Shown piece by piece: positions 19,660 to 31,178 of a stretch of DNA of 64,000 bases (the stretch's first letter is position 1; every line of letters begins with the position of its first letter). The stretch covers positions 288,001 through 352,000 of the forward strand of contig CAVPSB010000018.1 of the NCBI GenBank assembly GCA_963708025.1, in the 5' to 3' direction. A model generated the notes under the pieces. The model saw only the letters and a list, made by a program, of their open reading frames with translations, was not told the DNA's origin and made no database searches. The translations under genes and the position numbers were made by a program. Origin of the DNA: an uncultured Candidatus Rokubacteria bacterium (GTDB lineage: Bacteria > Methylomirabilota > Methylomirabilia > Rokubacteriales > DASRDR01).

Positions 19660-21564
19660 TCATGGGTCGCGCCACCGGATCTCGCCCATCATCACGCCGA
19701 GCCGCCGGTCGTCGCGCGATGGGGAGAGGCGGCTCGGCACGAAGCTGTGACCGGTCTCCACCTCGACCAGCGCGTGGGCGCCGACCGGCTGGCCCAGCGG
19801 GACCTCGAGGGTCTGCCACTCGGCGGCAGTCAGCCGCAACACGGCCACCAGCCGGCGATCGACCCAGAGCTGGACGGTCTGCGGCCGCGAGGCGATGTCG
19901 GGAATCGGCGCCCGGAACGCCAGCAGCATGACCCGCCCTCGGATCGGCACCGTCAGCGCCGCGCGGGGCCCGGTCCAGCGGGCCGGGCTGCCGTCGGGCT
20001 GGCGCTCCCATCGGTAGAACCCGGCCTCGTACCCGGGCGAGACCGGGCGCTCGAGCGCCGCCTCTGCCCGCAGGCCGAGGCAGACCAGGCCGAGGGCGAC
20101 CGCGGTGAGGGCCCACCGGGGCGACCGGACGGGGCGCGGCTTCGCCGGGGCCAGCGCGGCGGCCGTCCCGGTCAGGATGCAGGCCAGGTAGAAGAGCGCG
20201 TTGACGCGGAAGGTGAACTGGACGGCGCCGTAGGCGAGCCAGCCGGTCAGGCTGGCCACCACCCCGCTCAGCAGCACCGCGGAGGGCTCCGTCGCCCGGG
20301 GGAGACTCCGGAGGGCGCCGAGCCAGATCCCCCCGAACAGGGCCGCGAAGCTGGCGAGCCCGACCAGCCCCTGCTCGGCCAGCAGGTGGAGGTAGAGGCT
20401 GTGGGCCGTGCCCCAGAACGGGCCGAAGGACTCGCGCAGCGCGCCGGCGTACTGGTGGAAGAAGAACGCGTAGCGACCGGTCCCGACGCCGAGGAGCGGG
20501 TGGTCCAGCGCCATCCGGAGCGCGGTCTGCCAGAGCCGCAGCCGGTTCGGGTCGTCGGCGAACCGGGCCAGTCGCCCGGCCACCCGGCCGTGGAGCACGA
20601 AGGCGTCGAGCATCACCGCCGCCAGGATGGCCAGGACGACCGCGCCGAGGATCGACACCGCCCGCCGGTGACCGTCTCGGGCCGGACGGCGCCCGACGAG
20701 CAGGCCGAGCGTGACGAACGCGACGAGCGCGGCGAGGTAGGCGGCGCGCTGGAAGGTGAAGACGAGGGCCAGGCTCCCCAGCCCGGCGGCCGCGACTCCG
20801 AGCGCGCGCCGCCAGCGGGGGGCGGCGGGCGGCAGGGCCAGCGCCGCCAGGGGCGGGAGGACGAGGACCAGGAAGAGAGCCAGGTAGTCCGGGTTCCACG
20901 CGACGGCGGTGAGCCGGAGATCCGGACGCTGCCAGGTCCAGAACGACAGCGTGAGGTACTGGCCGGCGGTGTGGATCACGCCGAAGAAGCGGAGGAGACC
21001 GAAGCCGGTCAGGGTGAGGACGATCGCGGCCAGCGCCGGGAGCGCGCGCACGACCGCGGCCCCCATCGCCGGCTGGGCGGCGACGGCCAGCAGTCCCGTG
21101 CCCAGGCCGAGGACGAGGACCCGCTCCAGGTACTTCAGGTGCGAGATGTCGGGGATACCCTGCGTGAGCATCGTGGACCAGTCCAGCGAGTCGAGGAGCC
21201 AGAGGTCCTCGAGGAGGTCGCGGAGGTCGAGCGGGAGCGCGAGGACGGCGGCGGCCACGAAGGCGAGCAGGGCGGCGCCGTGCGACGGGAGGAACCGGAC
21301 GCGACCCAGCAGCCAGTGGCCGAGGAAGCTGCCCAGGACGAGCGCCACCAGGATCGGCTCGAGCAGGAAGTACCGCGTCTTCGGCTCGCCGAGCAGGAAC
21401 GGCACGACGAGCAGGAGGGCGGCCAGCCCGTTCGCCGGGTGCCGGATGGTGGTGACCCCGATCCCGATCGACACCAGGGCGGCCGCGATCGGCGCCGGGA
21501 GCCCGCCCGCGGCCGCCAGGAGCCCCACCACGGCGAATCCCGCCAGGACCCACCAGGGCGACAT
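19660..21564 (-). CDS. O-antigen ligase (Wzy_C/WaaL)-like membrane protein with a C-terminal soluble domain
   Basis: Many TMs; 'NPDYLA', 'TFQRAAY', 'RLRLWQTALRM..DHPLLGVGTG', 'TAHSLYLHLLAEQGLVG'. Confidence 0.88.
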   Translation of the reverse strand: MSPWWVLAGFAVVGLLAAAGGLPAPIAAALVSIGIGVTTIRHPANGLAALLLVVPFLLGEPKTRYFLLEPILVALVLGSFLGHWLLGRVRFLPSHGAALLAFVAAAVLALPLDLRDLLEDLWLLDSLDWSTMLTQGIPDISHLKYLERVLVLGLGTGLLAVAAQPAMGAAVVRALPALAAIVLTLTGFGLLRFFGVIHTAGQYLTLSFWTWQRPDLRLTAVAWNPDYLALFLVLVLPPLAALALPPAAPRWRRALGVAAAGLGSLALVFTFQRAAYLAALVAFVTLGLLVGRRPARDGHRRAVSILGAVVLAILAAVMLDAFVLHGRVAGRLARFADDPNRLRLWQTALRMALDHPLLGVGTGRYAFFFHQYAGALRESFGPFWGTAHSLYLHLLAEQGLVGLASFAALFGGIWLGALRSLPRATEPSAVLLSGVVASLTGWLAYGAVQFTFRVNALFYLACILTGTAAALAPAKPRPVRSPRWALTAVALGLVCLGLRAEAALERPVSPGYEAGFYRWERQPDGSPARWTGPRAALTVPIRGRVMLLAFRAPIPDIASRPQTVQLWVDRRLVAVLRLTAAEWQTLEVPLGQPVGAHALVEVETGHSFVPSRLSPSRDDRRLGVMMGEIRWRDP

Positions 21565-21693
21565 CTCGCCCGGTGGCGGCGCCTCACTGGTGCCAGCGAC
21601 CGTGGCGGCCGCGCCGGCGATGCCCCCAAGGCTCCCGCGCCCTCCCGGCTCAGCTCGGGACCTCCGAAGAACCCGGAGGGGGTGAAGGAAAGC

Positions 21694-21856
21694 CGGCGGC
21701 TCCCATTCCGGTCGCCTGTCGGTTTCTCTCAGCGCTCCGGCTCCGCCCACGGGGCCGGGGCGTTCCGCTACGAGCCGCGGCCCAAAGGCCGAAGGCCGTC
21801 CAACAACCACGGCCTCCGCGGGGGGGCCTCGGGGGGGTCTTCCGAGACCCCCCCGG
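21694..21856 (+). repeat. Repeat family A, long copy (~160 bp)
   Basis: Aligns by eye with the reverse complement of 47260-47418. Ends in a GGGGGGTCT-TCCG-AGACCCCCC hairpin. Confidence 0.75.
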
Positions 21857-21861
21857 TGTCC

Positions 21862-22726
21862 TCACCGGCGCTTCGACAGGGACGGCGTCGCCACGCCCAC
21901 GGGCTGGGCCGGACCGGCGGGACCAGCGGTCGCCGGGCCCGGGAAAGCTCGCTGCATCGCCTCGAACCAGATCCCGGCCATCCGCACGTAGCCTTGCTCG
22001 TTCGGGTGGAGAGGGTCGTCGATCCCCCGGTCCGGGGTGCCGAACAGCGACCGGTCGTTCATGCCGTCGAAGATCTCGGCGAGGACGACGCCCCGGTTCC
22101 GGGCCAGGGTCCGGATCATCGTGTTGGCCTCGTCGATGATCGCCTGGGCCCCGGGGTCGTTCCGGAAGTTCGGCGGGATGGTGCCCAGGACCGGGACGGT
22201 ATGGTTCTCCTGGGCTCGGCTCACCATGGAGTCCAGGTTCCCGACGATGGAGGCGGAATCGATCTCGCGGCTCGCGTCGTTGGTGCCTTCCATGATGAGG
22301 ACGAACCCGGGACGGTCGGCGGCCAGGACGCCCGGCAGCCGCGCGCGACCCCCTGCCGTCGTCTCGCCGCTCACGCCCCGGTTGATCACTCGCCAGCCCG
22401 GGTCGAGGCCCCGGAGCATGTTCTGGAGGTTGTTGGGATAGTTGTTGCTCGTCGCGAGCCGACTCGTCACGCTCCGGAGACCGAGACCCCGCCGGGTCAG
22501 ACCCGGATCGCCTAGCTCGCCCACGGTGATGCTGTCCCCGAAGGCGGTCGCCCGCAGCGGGTTGTTGGAGCCGAAGTCGAAGTTGGCCGGCGTCGCCGAG
22601 TTGCGGCGTGCCCGACCCGGTGCTCTTGCCTCCGCCCCCGCCGCAGCCGGCGACCGCCAGCGCCGTCAGCGCCAGCGCGAGCGCCATCCCACCCGGGCCG
22701 AGCGCCCCTCCCCTTGGTGCCATCAC
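21862..22726 (-). CDS. SGNH/GDSL hydrolase lipoprotein (one frameshift ~22585)
   Basis: Lipobox-like LAVAGC; block I 'AFGDSIT'; 'NRGVSGETT'; 'EGTND'; 'DPLHPN'. Confidence 0.85.
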
Positions 22727-23736
22727 TCGCTCCCTCCCGAAAGAATCTCGCGCACGATGTAGACCGGCTTCCGCTGCGACTCGTGGTAGGTCCGCACGAG
22801 CATCTCGCCGAGGAGCCCGTTCATCACGAAGAGGACGCCGAGCAGGATCAGCAGCACGGCCAGCTGCAGGATCGGCCGGTTCGCCAGCGGCACGCCGTGG
22901 ACGAACTTCTGGTAGGTGAGGGCGAGGGCCAGCAGCGTCCCCGCACTGCCCACGCCCAGGCCGAGCAGGCCGAAGATCTGGATCGGCCGCGTCCCGTAGC
23001 TCATCAGGAACTTCACGGTCAGGAGATCGAGCAGCACCCGGACGGTGCGCCCGATCCCGTACTTCGACACCCCGCTCCGCCGCGGCCAGTGGCCGACGGG
23101 GATCTCGCCGACCGTGGCCCCCACCCAGCGGGCCAGGGCCGGCAGGAAGCGGTGCATCTCGCCGTAGAGCGCGACGTCTTTCAGGATCTCCCGCCGGTAG
23201 ACCTTCAGCGCGCAGCCGTAGTCGTGCAGGTGCACCCCGGTGATCCAGGAGATCAGCGCGTTGGCGGCCTGCGACGGCAGGCGGCGCGACCAGAAGGCGT
23301 CCTGGCGGTCCCGGCGCCAGCCGCTGACGACGTCGTAGCCCTCCTTGAGCTTGTCGATGAGCCGGGGGATGTCGGCCGGATCGTTCTGGCGGTCACCGTC
23401 CATGGTCACGATCAGCTCACCCCGGGCCCGATCGAACCCGGCCGCCAGCGCCGCCGTCTGGCCGAAGTTGCCGCGTAGCCGCACCACCCGGAGCGTGGGG
23501 AAGCGGGCGACCGCGTCCCGCAGGCGGGCGGCCGTCGCGTCGGCCGACCCGTCGTCGACGACGATCAGCTCGTAGGGCCGGCCGAGCCCTTCGAGAACGT
23601 CGCGCAGGCTGTCGAGCAGGGGCAGGACGTTGTCCTCCTCGTTGTACACCGGGACGACCACCGATACCATGCCCGGCACCACGCGGCGCCGTCTCCCCCG
23701 CGGTCCTCCGGAACGCTTCGGGCGGGCGTCGCTCAC
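22723..23736 (-). CDS. ArnC/GtrB-like GT2 polyprenyl-phosphate sugar synthase
   Basis: 'VVVPVYNEE', 'VDDGSAD', 'NFGQTAAL', 'MDGDRQNDP', 'GEMHRFLP'; two C-terminal TMs. Confidence 0.92.
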   Translation of the reverse strand: MSDARPKRSGGPRGRRRRVVPGMVSVVVPVYNEEDNVLPLLDSLRDVLEGLGRPYELIVVDDGSADATAARLRDAVARFPTLRVVRLRGNFGQTAALAAGFDRARGELIVTMDGDRQNDPADIPRLIDKLKEGYDVVSGWRRDRQDAFWSRRLPSQAANALISWITGVHLHDYGCALKVYRREILKDVALYGEMHRFLPALARWVGATVGEIPVGHWPRRSGVSKYGIGRTVRVLLDLLTVKFLMSYGTRPIQIFGLLGLGVGSAGTLLALALTYQKFVHGVPLANRPILQLAVLLILLGVLFVMNGLLGEMLVRTYHESQRKPVYIVREILSGGSE

Positions 23737-24707
23737 GAGGCCTTCTCCCCGGCCGCCCGCAGCTCGCCGAGCGTCAGGTTCAGCGCCCCCAGGTACGCGA
23801 GGCCGGCCAGCGTGATCGGGATGTAGTTGACGGCGTGGTAGAGGATCGAGAGCGACAGCGCCGTCGCCTCCGGCACCGCGAAGAGCGCCAGCGCGAACTT
23901 CGTCGCGAACTGGAAGGTACCGAGGTAGCCCGGCGCCGACGGGAGCACGAGGAGGCCGGCCACGATGGCGAGGACGAAGAAGCCCGCGTGCAGGGGGAGG
24001 TCGAGCGAGAACGCCACGAACGTCGCCTGCAGGCCGAGGGCGTTGACGATCCAGATAGCCAGCGACAGCCCCGCTATCGTCAGGAGCGACCGTCCGTCAC
24101 CGAGCGTGTCGAGTCCGAGACAGAACGACTCGAGGGCGTGGCCGGCAGGTGACCGGAAACGGGCCGGCAGCCAGACGAGGAGGCCCGTGATCACCCGGCG
24201 GCTCCGGCTCCACCGCAGCGAGAGCAGGGCGCCGAGGACGGCGAGGTACAGGCAGAACGAGGCCGCGCTCAGCCACAGGAGCCATCCCGGCAGGCTGAGG
24301 AAGAACAGCCCCCCGACCAGGAACAGGAGGAGCGTGAACCCGTCGAAGATTCGCTCGATGACGACGGTGGCGAACGCGAGGGGCGCCGGGATGGATTCGG
24401 AGCGGCCGAGCGCGTAGGCCCGGACGAATTCGCCGATGCGGGCCGGGAGGACGTTGTTGGCCATGAACCCGATCAGGGTGATCCCGAACAGTCGATGGAC
24501 CCCGATCTGCTTGACCGGCCGCAGCAGCACCTGCCAGCGCACCGCGGTGAGCCAGAATCGGACGGGGAGGCTCAGGACGACGAGGACGACCCACGCGGGG
24601 CGGACCGTCGCGAAGGCCCGGGCGACCTCGCCGAGATCCACGCCGCGAAACGCGAACCACAGGAGGACCAGGCTGACGACGATCCCCAGCCAGAGCTTCC
24701 AGCGCAT
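23733..24707 (-). CDS. LPG_synthase_TM (AglD2-like) putative flippase
   Basis: 'RWQVLL', 'GFMANNVLPARIGEFVR', 'IERIFD', 'PSAPGYLGTF'. Confidence 0.88.
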   Translation of the reverse strand: MRWKLWLGIVVSLVLLWFAFRGVDLGEVARAFATVRPAWVVLVVLSLPVRFWLTAVRWQVLLRPVKQIGVHRLFGITLIGFMANNVLPARIGEFVRAYALGRSESIPAPLAFATVVIERIFDGFTLLLFLVGGLFFLSLPGWLLWLSAASFCLYLAVLGALLSLRWSRSRRVITGLLVWLPARFRSPAGHALESFCLGLDTLGDGRSLLTIAGLSLAIWIVNALGLQATFVAFSLDLPLHAGFFVLAIVAGLLVLPSAPGYLGTFQFATKFALALFAVPEATALSLSILYHAVNYIPITLAGLAYLGALNLTLGELRAAGEKAS

Positions 24708-24711
24708 CTCG

Positions 24712-25279
24712 TCAGCCGAGGTCGGCCGCGACCGCCGGCCGGGCACCCGGGCGGCGGAGGCGCAGCGCGCAGAAGATGGCGACCGGTCCGCCCACCAGCA
24801 GCGTCTCGCCGAGGACGGCGCCCACGTTGTGCCAGTTGACGAAGGCCGACCAGCTCGCGCCGTGGTGGATGTCCGTGAAGACGAGGAGCGGGGACAGGAA
24901 GACGGCGTCCGAGAACGGCCACAGCAGGGGAATGCCGCGGGGCACGGTCCGGTCCACGGTGACGAGGTCGAGCGCCAGATGCGAGGCGTAGGCGGCGCCG
25001 AGAATGGCGGCGCGCCGGGCCGGGGGCCCGAGGACGGGGGAGGCCAGCGGGGCGGCCAGCAGCGCGAACAGGACGGCGGCGGCCAGGCTGTGCGTCGCCC
25101 AGTGGTGGTAGCGGCTCGGATCGCCGACGAGGAGGCCCGGCAGGAAGTCGAGGTCGGCCGCTACGCCGGCGAGGACGGCCAGGGCCCACGGGCGCCAGTC
25201 CCGGCGCAGAGCGCCGCCGGGAGTGAGCCCGGCGTACACCGCCGCCCCGGCCAAGGCATGGGCTACCGGCGACGGCATC
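24712..25279 (-). CDS. YdjM-like membrane metal-dependent hydrolase
   Basis: 'MPSPVAH', 'ADLD', 'HHWATHS', 'SHLALD', 'GIPLLWPF'. Confidence 0.85.
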
Positions 25280-25291
25280 CGCGCCGAGTCT

Positions 25292-26758
25292 TCACCGTGC
25301 AGCCGCGCCGGGGGCCGCGGGCTTGCGGCCGACGGCGATGAGCGACAGCCCGAAGGGGAGGGACAGCGCCGATTCGGCGCGAAGGAGCGGCACCAGGAGG
25401 TTCTGCAGCCGGAGCTGCACGCCTGGCACGGTGGTCCGCCGCAGGAGGACGCTGTTCGCGTACCAGCCGAGCACGCCCAGCCGGTTGAAAAAGGCCGTGT
25501 GCTCGCTCGCGAAGCCCGCCTCGGCGAGCCTCGCGAGCAGGCCCTCGCGCTCGTAGCGGCGGTAGTGATAGATGGCCTTGTCGATGGCGCCATAGAGCCG
25601 CTGGTGGGCGGGGACGAGCAGGACGAGGCGACCGCCGGGGACGAGCGTCTCCCACATGCGGCGGAGCGCCTGCCGGTCATCCTCGATGTGCTCGAGCACG
25701 TTCAGGCACACGATGGTGTCCAGCCGGAGGTCGGCCAGCCCGGCCGGATCGAAGTCGGCCAGGTCCAGGCGCCGCACGTGCACCCGGGTGTGGCGCTCGA
25801 AGGTGTTGGCCAGCAGCCGCAGGTAGCGCGCGTTCAGGTCGGTGGCGACGATCAGGTCGCGCCCCACCAGGAACCGCGTCAGGGTGCCGATGCCCGAGCC
25901 GATCTCCAGCACCCGCTGGCCGAGGTGCGGGGCGAGCTGGTTGAAGATCCAGCGGTTGTAGCGCTCGGCCCGGCTCAGCCGGAGCAGCGTCTGGTAGCCC
26001 GGATCGGTGTTGTCCTGGTCGTCGAGGACCGCATACTTGAGGATCGTCCACAGGGCGGCCACGCCGTCGGTCCAGCGGATCTTCTTGCCTTCCCAGTATC
26101 CTCGCCCGGAGTAGGAGATGGGCACCTCGTAGATCCGAGCCCGGACTTTCGCGAGCTTGGCGGTCAGCTCCGGCTCGACGCCGAACCGGTCGGAGCGGAT
26201 CGGGATGCTCTTGATCACATCCGCCCGGAAGGCCTTGTACCCGGTCTCCATGTCGGTCAGGTTCAGGTTGGTCACCGCGTTGGAGGCGAGCGTCAGGAGC
26301 TTGTTGGCCAGGTGGTGCCAGAAAAAGAGGACGCGCCGTGGCGAGCCGGTGAACCGGGAGCCATAGACCGCGTCGGCCTTCCCCTCCACGATGGGGCCGA
26401 TCAGCCGAGGATACTCCCGCGGATCGTACTCGAGGTCGGCGTCCTGGATCACGACGACGTCCCCCCGCGCCTCGGCGAAGCCCCGACGCAGGGCCGCCCC
26501 CTTGCCCTGGTTCCGCTCCTGGTAGAAGACGCGGATCTCGTTCTTCTCGTCGAACGTCCCCGCCCGCCGGGCCTCCCCGAGGTCCGTCTCCAGCTGGCGC
26601 AGGAAGTCCCGCGTCCCGTCGGTGGAGCCGTCGTCCACGATGACGATCTCCTTCGGGATGGCGATCGCCTGGACACGCTCCAGGATCTCGGGCAGCGTCA
26701 GCCGCTCGTTGTAGACCGGCACCACCACGGACAGCTTGAAGGGAGCCCCCCCGTCCAC
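25292..26758 (-). CDS. Bifunctional DPM-synthase-like GT2 / class I SAM methyltransferase
   Basis: '[32 protein letters not shown]', then 'VLEIGSGIG...NVLEHIEDD...HYRRY'. Confidence 0.9.
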   Translation of the reverse strand: MDGGAPFKLSVVVPVYNERLTLPEILERVQAIAIPKEIVIVDDGSTDGTRDFLRQLETDLGEARRAGTFDEKNEIRVFYQERNQGKGAALRRGFAEARGDVVVIQDADLEYDPREYPRLIGPIVEGKADAVYGSRFTGSPRRVLFFWHHLANKLLTLASNAVTNLNLTDMETGYKAFRADVIKSIPIRSDRFGVEPELTAKLAKVRARIYEVPISYSGRGYWEGKKIRWTDGVAALWTILKYAVLDDQDNTDPGYQTLLRLSRAERYNRWIFNQLAPHLGQRVLEIGSGIGTLTRFLVGRDLIVATDLNARYLRLLANTFERHTRVHVRRLDLADFDPAGLADLRLDTIVCLNVLEHIEDDRQALRRMWETLVPGGRLVLLVPAHQRLYGAIDKAIYHYRRYEREGLLARLAEAGFASEHTAFFNRLGVLGWYANSVLLRRTTVPGVQLRLQNLLVPLLRAESALSLPFGLSLIAVGRKPAAPGAAAR

Positions 26759-26764
26759 CCGGGC

Positions 26765-26773
26765 ATTATACCA
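26765..26773 (-). promoter_or_regulatory. Putative extended -10 (TGGTATAAT) of a leaderless promoter for the minus-strand glycan operon
   Basis: Perfect TATAAT 6 nt upstream of GTG 26758. Confidence 0.6.
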
Positions 26774-26888
26774 GCGGGTTCGCCGTCCCGACCTAGAATG
26801 ACCGCACCGACACGTCGGGGAAACCCGCTACGACGCGGGCGGAATCCGACTTGGCCGCTCCGTGGCGTGCGCTAGCGTGGCGCTGTCC

Positions 26889-27623
26889 ATGGACAGCCGC
26901 GCCGGGGAGAACGGCGACACCGGGCGAGCGCCGCTCGGCCCGTCGAGCGCCTTCGCCGCCGGCGTGTCGCTGCCGGCGACCCGGCGGCCCACGCCGGCCC
27001 ACCTCGAGGAGGTCTGCCGGATCCACTGCGAGGTCATGCCCGACGGGTTTCTCGCCCGGCTCGGGCCGGCCGTGCTGTACGAGATCTACGCGGGGGCCGC
27101 CTCCTCGCCGAGCGTGATCTGGCTGGTCCGCCGGTACGGTGCCGGGATCGCCGGGTTCCTCCTGGCGACCGTGGACATACGAGCCCTGTTCCGTCACGTC
27201 CTGCTCCGGCGCGGGCCGCGCCTGGTTCCGCACCTGGCCCGGGCCGCCAGCCGCGATCCCCGGCTCGTCGGGCGGATGCTGGAGAGTCTCCGGTATCCGG
27301 GGACCCGGGGCGGCCAGCCCGCCGGCCCGTCGGGTGGCGCCGAGCTGGTGGCGATCGGGGTCCGGGCGGAGTACCGGTCGAACGGCTACGCCACCGCGAT
27401 GATCCAGGGCCTGAACGCCGCGTTCCTCCGGCGCGGGGTGTCGCGCTACACTGTCCCGGTCTACGCGTCGAACGCGGGGGCCAACGCCTTCTACCGGAAG
27501 CTCGGCTTCGAGGTGCTGCACGAGTTCCGGATGTACGGCGTGGCGTGGACGCGCTACCAGCTCGATCTCGGTCGAGACCTCCCCCACCCCGGTCACTCCG
27601 AGACAGAGGACAGGAGGCACTGA
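26889..27623 (+). CDS. GNAT-family N-acetyltransferase
   Basis: 'AELVAIGVRAEYRSNGYA...NAGANAFYRKLGF'. Confidence 0.8.
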   Translation: MDSRAGENGDTGRAPLGPSSAFAAGVSLPATRRPTPAHLEEVCRIHCEVMPDGFLARLGPAVLYEIYAGAASSPSVIWLVRRYGAGIAGFLLATVDIRALFRHVLLRRGPRLVPHLARAASRDPRLVGRMLESLRYPGTRGGQPAGPSGGAELVAIGVRAEYRSNGYATAMIQGLNAAFLRRGVSRYTVPVYASNAGANAFYRKLGFEVLHEFRMYGVAWTRYQLDLGRDLPHPGHSETEDRRH

Positions 27624-28234
27624 TGGAGCATGGGACCCGCATCGCGCCCCCGTTGCTGTACGAGATGTTCGGCGTTGGCGCCCTCATCGCCACGTACTGG
27701 ATCGTCGAGCTGGACCGGCCAGCGGAGATCCTCGGACTCGACGACTACAAGGTATGGGACCGGCTCGAAGCCGCGCTGCTCACCGTGCTCACCCTGCTGC
27801 TGGCGCTTCCCGCCTTCGTCCGGATGCGGCGCCTGACCGCGCACGTCTTCTACCTGGAAGCGCTCCTGCGGAGCCGGAGAGGGGGTGGCCATCCCCGGGG
27901 CGAGATCGTGGCCCGTCTCGGAGACGGGAACCCGGCCACCGAGTGGCGATTTGCGTTCGACAGCGCCGTGCAATCGATCCTTCATCCCGAGCGCGGGGGG
28001 CGAGTCGTCGCCGGACAGGCCTCCCGGTCCGCGGGCGGACTGCTCCGCGAACAGTACGAGGTCGAGCGCGAGGGCGGCTCACGATTCTTCGCGGACGGCG
28101 AAGACCTCCGGTACCTGCCCCTCTGTGAGGGCCGGCCGATGCGGTATGTCAGGGCCAGGCACGACGTGGAGGGACGTCTGACCCTGGTGTATCAGTGCCC
28201 GGATTGCTGGGAGACCAGCGAGCTCCTGCTGTGA
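27623..28234 (+). CDS. Hypothetical protein with two TMs and a C-terminal Cys motif
   Basis: AGGAGG SD; start overlaps the GNAT stop; ends 'YQCPDCWETSELLL'. Confidence 0.65.
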   Translation: MEHGTRIAPPLLYEMFGVGALIATYWIVELDRPAEILGLDDYKVWDRLEAALLTVLTLLLALPAFVRMRRLTAHVFYLEALLRSRRGGGHPRGEIVARLGDGNPATEWRFAFDSAVQSILHPERGGRVVAGQASRSAGGLLREQYEVEREGGSRFFADGEDLRYLPLCEGRPMRYVRARHDVEGRLTLVYQCPDCWETSELLL

Positions 28235-28269
28235 GATGACGAGCTGTCAGCGAAGCGCGAACCACGCCC

Positions 28270-31006
28270 GTGGATGATTGGCGACGAGTGTTTCGAGTCG
28301 GCGCGGTGACCGGTCGTCACGTCGCGGGCGTCGTTGCCGTCGGGGCCCTGCTGCGGCTCCTCCTCCTCCGCGGCGCCAGCCTCTGGTACGACGAGGCGAC
28401 CGTCGGGCTCGCGGGGCTGGCCGTCTTGCGGGGCGAGCTCCCGATCTACTTCTTCGGCCAGCCGTTCATGGGGGCGCTCGGCGACGCGTACATGACGGCG
28501 CCCCTCTACGTCCTGTTCGGCGTCTCGGCCCGCACCCTCGAGCTCGGCGGGGTGCTGGCCGGCATCGCCTGGCTCGTCCTGGTGGTGCGCCTGGCGCACG
28601 ATGCCTTCGGGCCGCGGGCGGCCTTGTTCACGGCGCTCGTGCTGGCGCTGCCCCCCGACTACCTCCTCTACTGGGCCCACGAGGGGCGTCCCCACTACCC
28701 CCTGGCCATGGCGCTCGGCACCCTCGCGCTCCAGATCGCCCTTCGACTGCCGATCGCGCGCCCGGCCCGCGCCGTGTTCCACGGCGGGCTGCTCGGGCTG
28801 GTGCTGGGGCTGGCGTACTGGACGAATCTGCTCTCCCTCGTGTTCTTCCCCGCCGTCCTCCTCCTGCTCGTGCGCCGCGGCCTGCGGCCGGGCCTCGCCC
28901 GCGCGGCGGGAGCCGCGGTCATGGCGTTCCTCCTCGGGAGCCTGCCCCACTGGCTCTACGCGGTCCCTCACGGCACCGCCGTGCCTCCGGCCGGGGGGCG
29001 GCTGCGGCTGGCCGAGCTGTGGGAGTACGTGAACGCGGCCGTCAGGCTGTCTTGGCCACGACTCGTCGGGGTGCCGGCCAGCCTCCTCGAGCACCGCACC
29101 GGCGCCGGGCTCGCGCTCGTCCTCGCCCTCGTCTACGGGCTGGCGGTCGCCACCGCAATCCGGGCGCTCCGCCGGGACCCCCCGGGGCGGCGCGATGCGA
29201 GCGTCGCGCTGCTGGTGCTCATCGCCACCAACCTGGCGGTCGCCGCGGGAACCCAGTACGGAAGGTTCCTGGCGGCGGACTCGCGCTATCTCCTGCCGCT
29301 CTACACGGCGCTGCCGCCGCTGCTGGGCCGATGGATCGCCGGCCTGGCGGCGTGGCGGGCGGCGGCGGTGGTCGGGGCCCTCCTCCTCGTCCACGGCGCG
29401 AGCGGGCTGGGGAGCCAGCTCGAGAACCTGCGTCCGTCGGGCGCGCCGGAGGCGGAGGTCACCCGGGCCCACCTCGAGACGGTGGCCGCGCTCGAGCGCC
29501 AGGGGCTCCGGCGACTCTACGCCCCCGACTTCGGCACGCGCGTGTTCACGTTCCTTTCGGCTGAGCGTGTGATCTTCGCGAGCCACTACGAGGAGATGTA
29601 CCCACCCTATGCCGTCGCGGTGGACGCTGCCGAGCGAGTGGCGTGGTGGATGGGCGACCCCTCGCCCAGCTTCGAGGCGAGCCTGGCGGCGCTGGGCGTC
29701 CACGCCACGTTCGTCCGCGCCACCCGGCATGGTGGCGTCTACGTGGACTTCGGGCTGGCGGAGCAACGGGTGCACGCGCTCGACCCGGGCGGCTGGGATG
29801 CGACAGCGAGCGCCGGCGGGGGCACCGCCCGGTGGGTGGCTGACCGGGACGCCGCGACAGTCTGGAGCACTGGGCGGCCCAAGCGGGGCGGCGAATGGCT
29901 CCAGGTCGACCTCGGCCAGGTCGAGCCCGTCGCGCTGATCCGCTGGCTGCCGGGGACCTACCAGGAGGTGCCCGACGGGCTGACCCTGGAGCTCTCGCGC
30001 GACGGGGTCGCCTGGAAGCAGGTCATCGACCTCCCCACCTACATGGGGCCCCTCTACTGGTCGGCCGGGCGTCCCATGGGGCACGTCCGGAGCGGTCGCG
30101 TCGAGCTGCGGGTGCCCCCGACGCCGGCGCGCTACCTGCGTGTCACCCAAACGGGAGCCAACGCCATCTGGCAATGGACGGTGCGCGAGCTCTACGTGTA
30201 CGCGGCAACGGGGGAGCCGACCGCGCCGGTGCTGCCGGTCAACGGCCTCGCGCTCGCCCGCCAGGTTCGGGCGGCCGGCGTGACGCGCCTGTACGCCGAT
30301 CACGGCTGGGGAAGCCGGGTCGCCCTCGCCGAGCCGTTCATCCGGATCATGCCGGCCAATGCCTCCGTGGACGCCTACGGCTTCACAGGCGCCGCCCACG
30401 ACCTCCTGCCCCCGCTCCGCTGGACGCCGGGCGCCGGCATCCTCCTCGAGGCGCCCGACGCCCCCGGGTTCGCCGAGGTGGCGCGCGCCAGTGGCCTGGC
30501 CTACACCGAGCAAGCACTCGGGGATCTCCGGCTCTTCACCTACGCGCCGCCGCCTCCGCGACCCGGTGTCGCGCTGCCGCGCAAGAGCCTTCGCGTCTCT
30601 GCGTCACGCGAGCCTGAGCGGGCCCCCCTGGCTACCGACGGCGATCGCCGCAGCCGCTGGGCGACGGCCCACCCCCAGACCGAGGGCGACTGGGTGCGTG
30701 TTCAACCTGGGCAGTCCGCGGACCGTGAGTGCCGTGGAGCTGTTCACGGCGACCCCGACCGACGCCGGCCGCGGGCTGGCCGTGGAGGGAAGCGACGACG
30801 GGATCACGTGGCGGCCGCTCGCGGCGTCGCTGGTGACCAGGGCCCGGCTCCGCTGGATGGGGATCGGCGTCCTCCGCGACGGCGTCGGGGCGCAGCGCCT
30901 CGAGTTCCCGCCGGCCCGGCTCACGGCGCTGCGGCTCACCCTGACCCGCGGCCATCCGGTCTTCGACTGGTCGATCCACGAGCTGACGGTCTTCGCGCCG
31001 CAGTAG
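28270..31006 (+). CDS. GT-C (ArnT-like) membrane glycosyltransferase with two discoidin (F5/8 type C)-like domains; frameshift ~30700
   Basis: 'LWYDEA...YFFGQPFMG' and TMs. Then 'DRDAATVWST...EWLQVDLG...ARYLRV' and 'DGDRRSRW...SDDGITW...WSIHELTVF'. Confidence 0.8.
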
Positions 31007-31162
31007 GAGGACTTCGCGGGACGTCTCGGACGCTGGCCCGCGGACGCCGGGGCGAGACCGCGAGCGACCGCGGAGCGTGCCGAGGAGCGGAGATCGCGGT
31101 CGGCGAGATCGCTCGGCGGGCCGGTCGGGCGAGGCGAAGCGTAGCACCGGTGCGGAGCCCCC

Positions 31163-31171
31163 TGCTATACT
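31163..31171 (+). promoter_or_regulatory. Putative extended -10 (TGCTATACT) of a leaderless promoter
   Basis: 7 nt upstream of ATG 31179; no SD. Confidence 0.5.
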
Positions 31172-31178
31172 GCGGCCT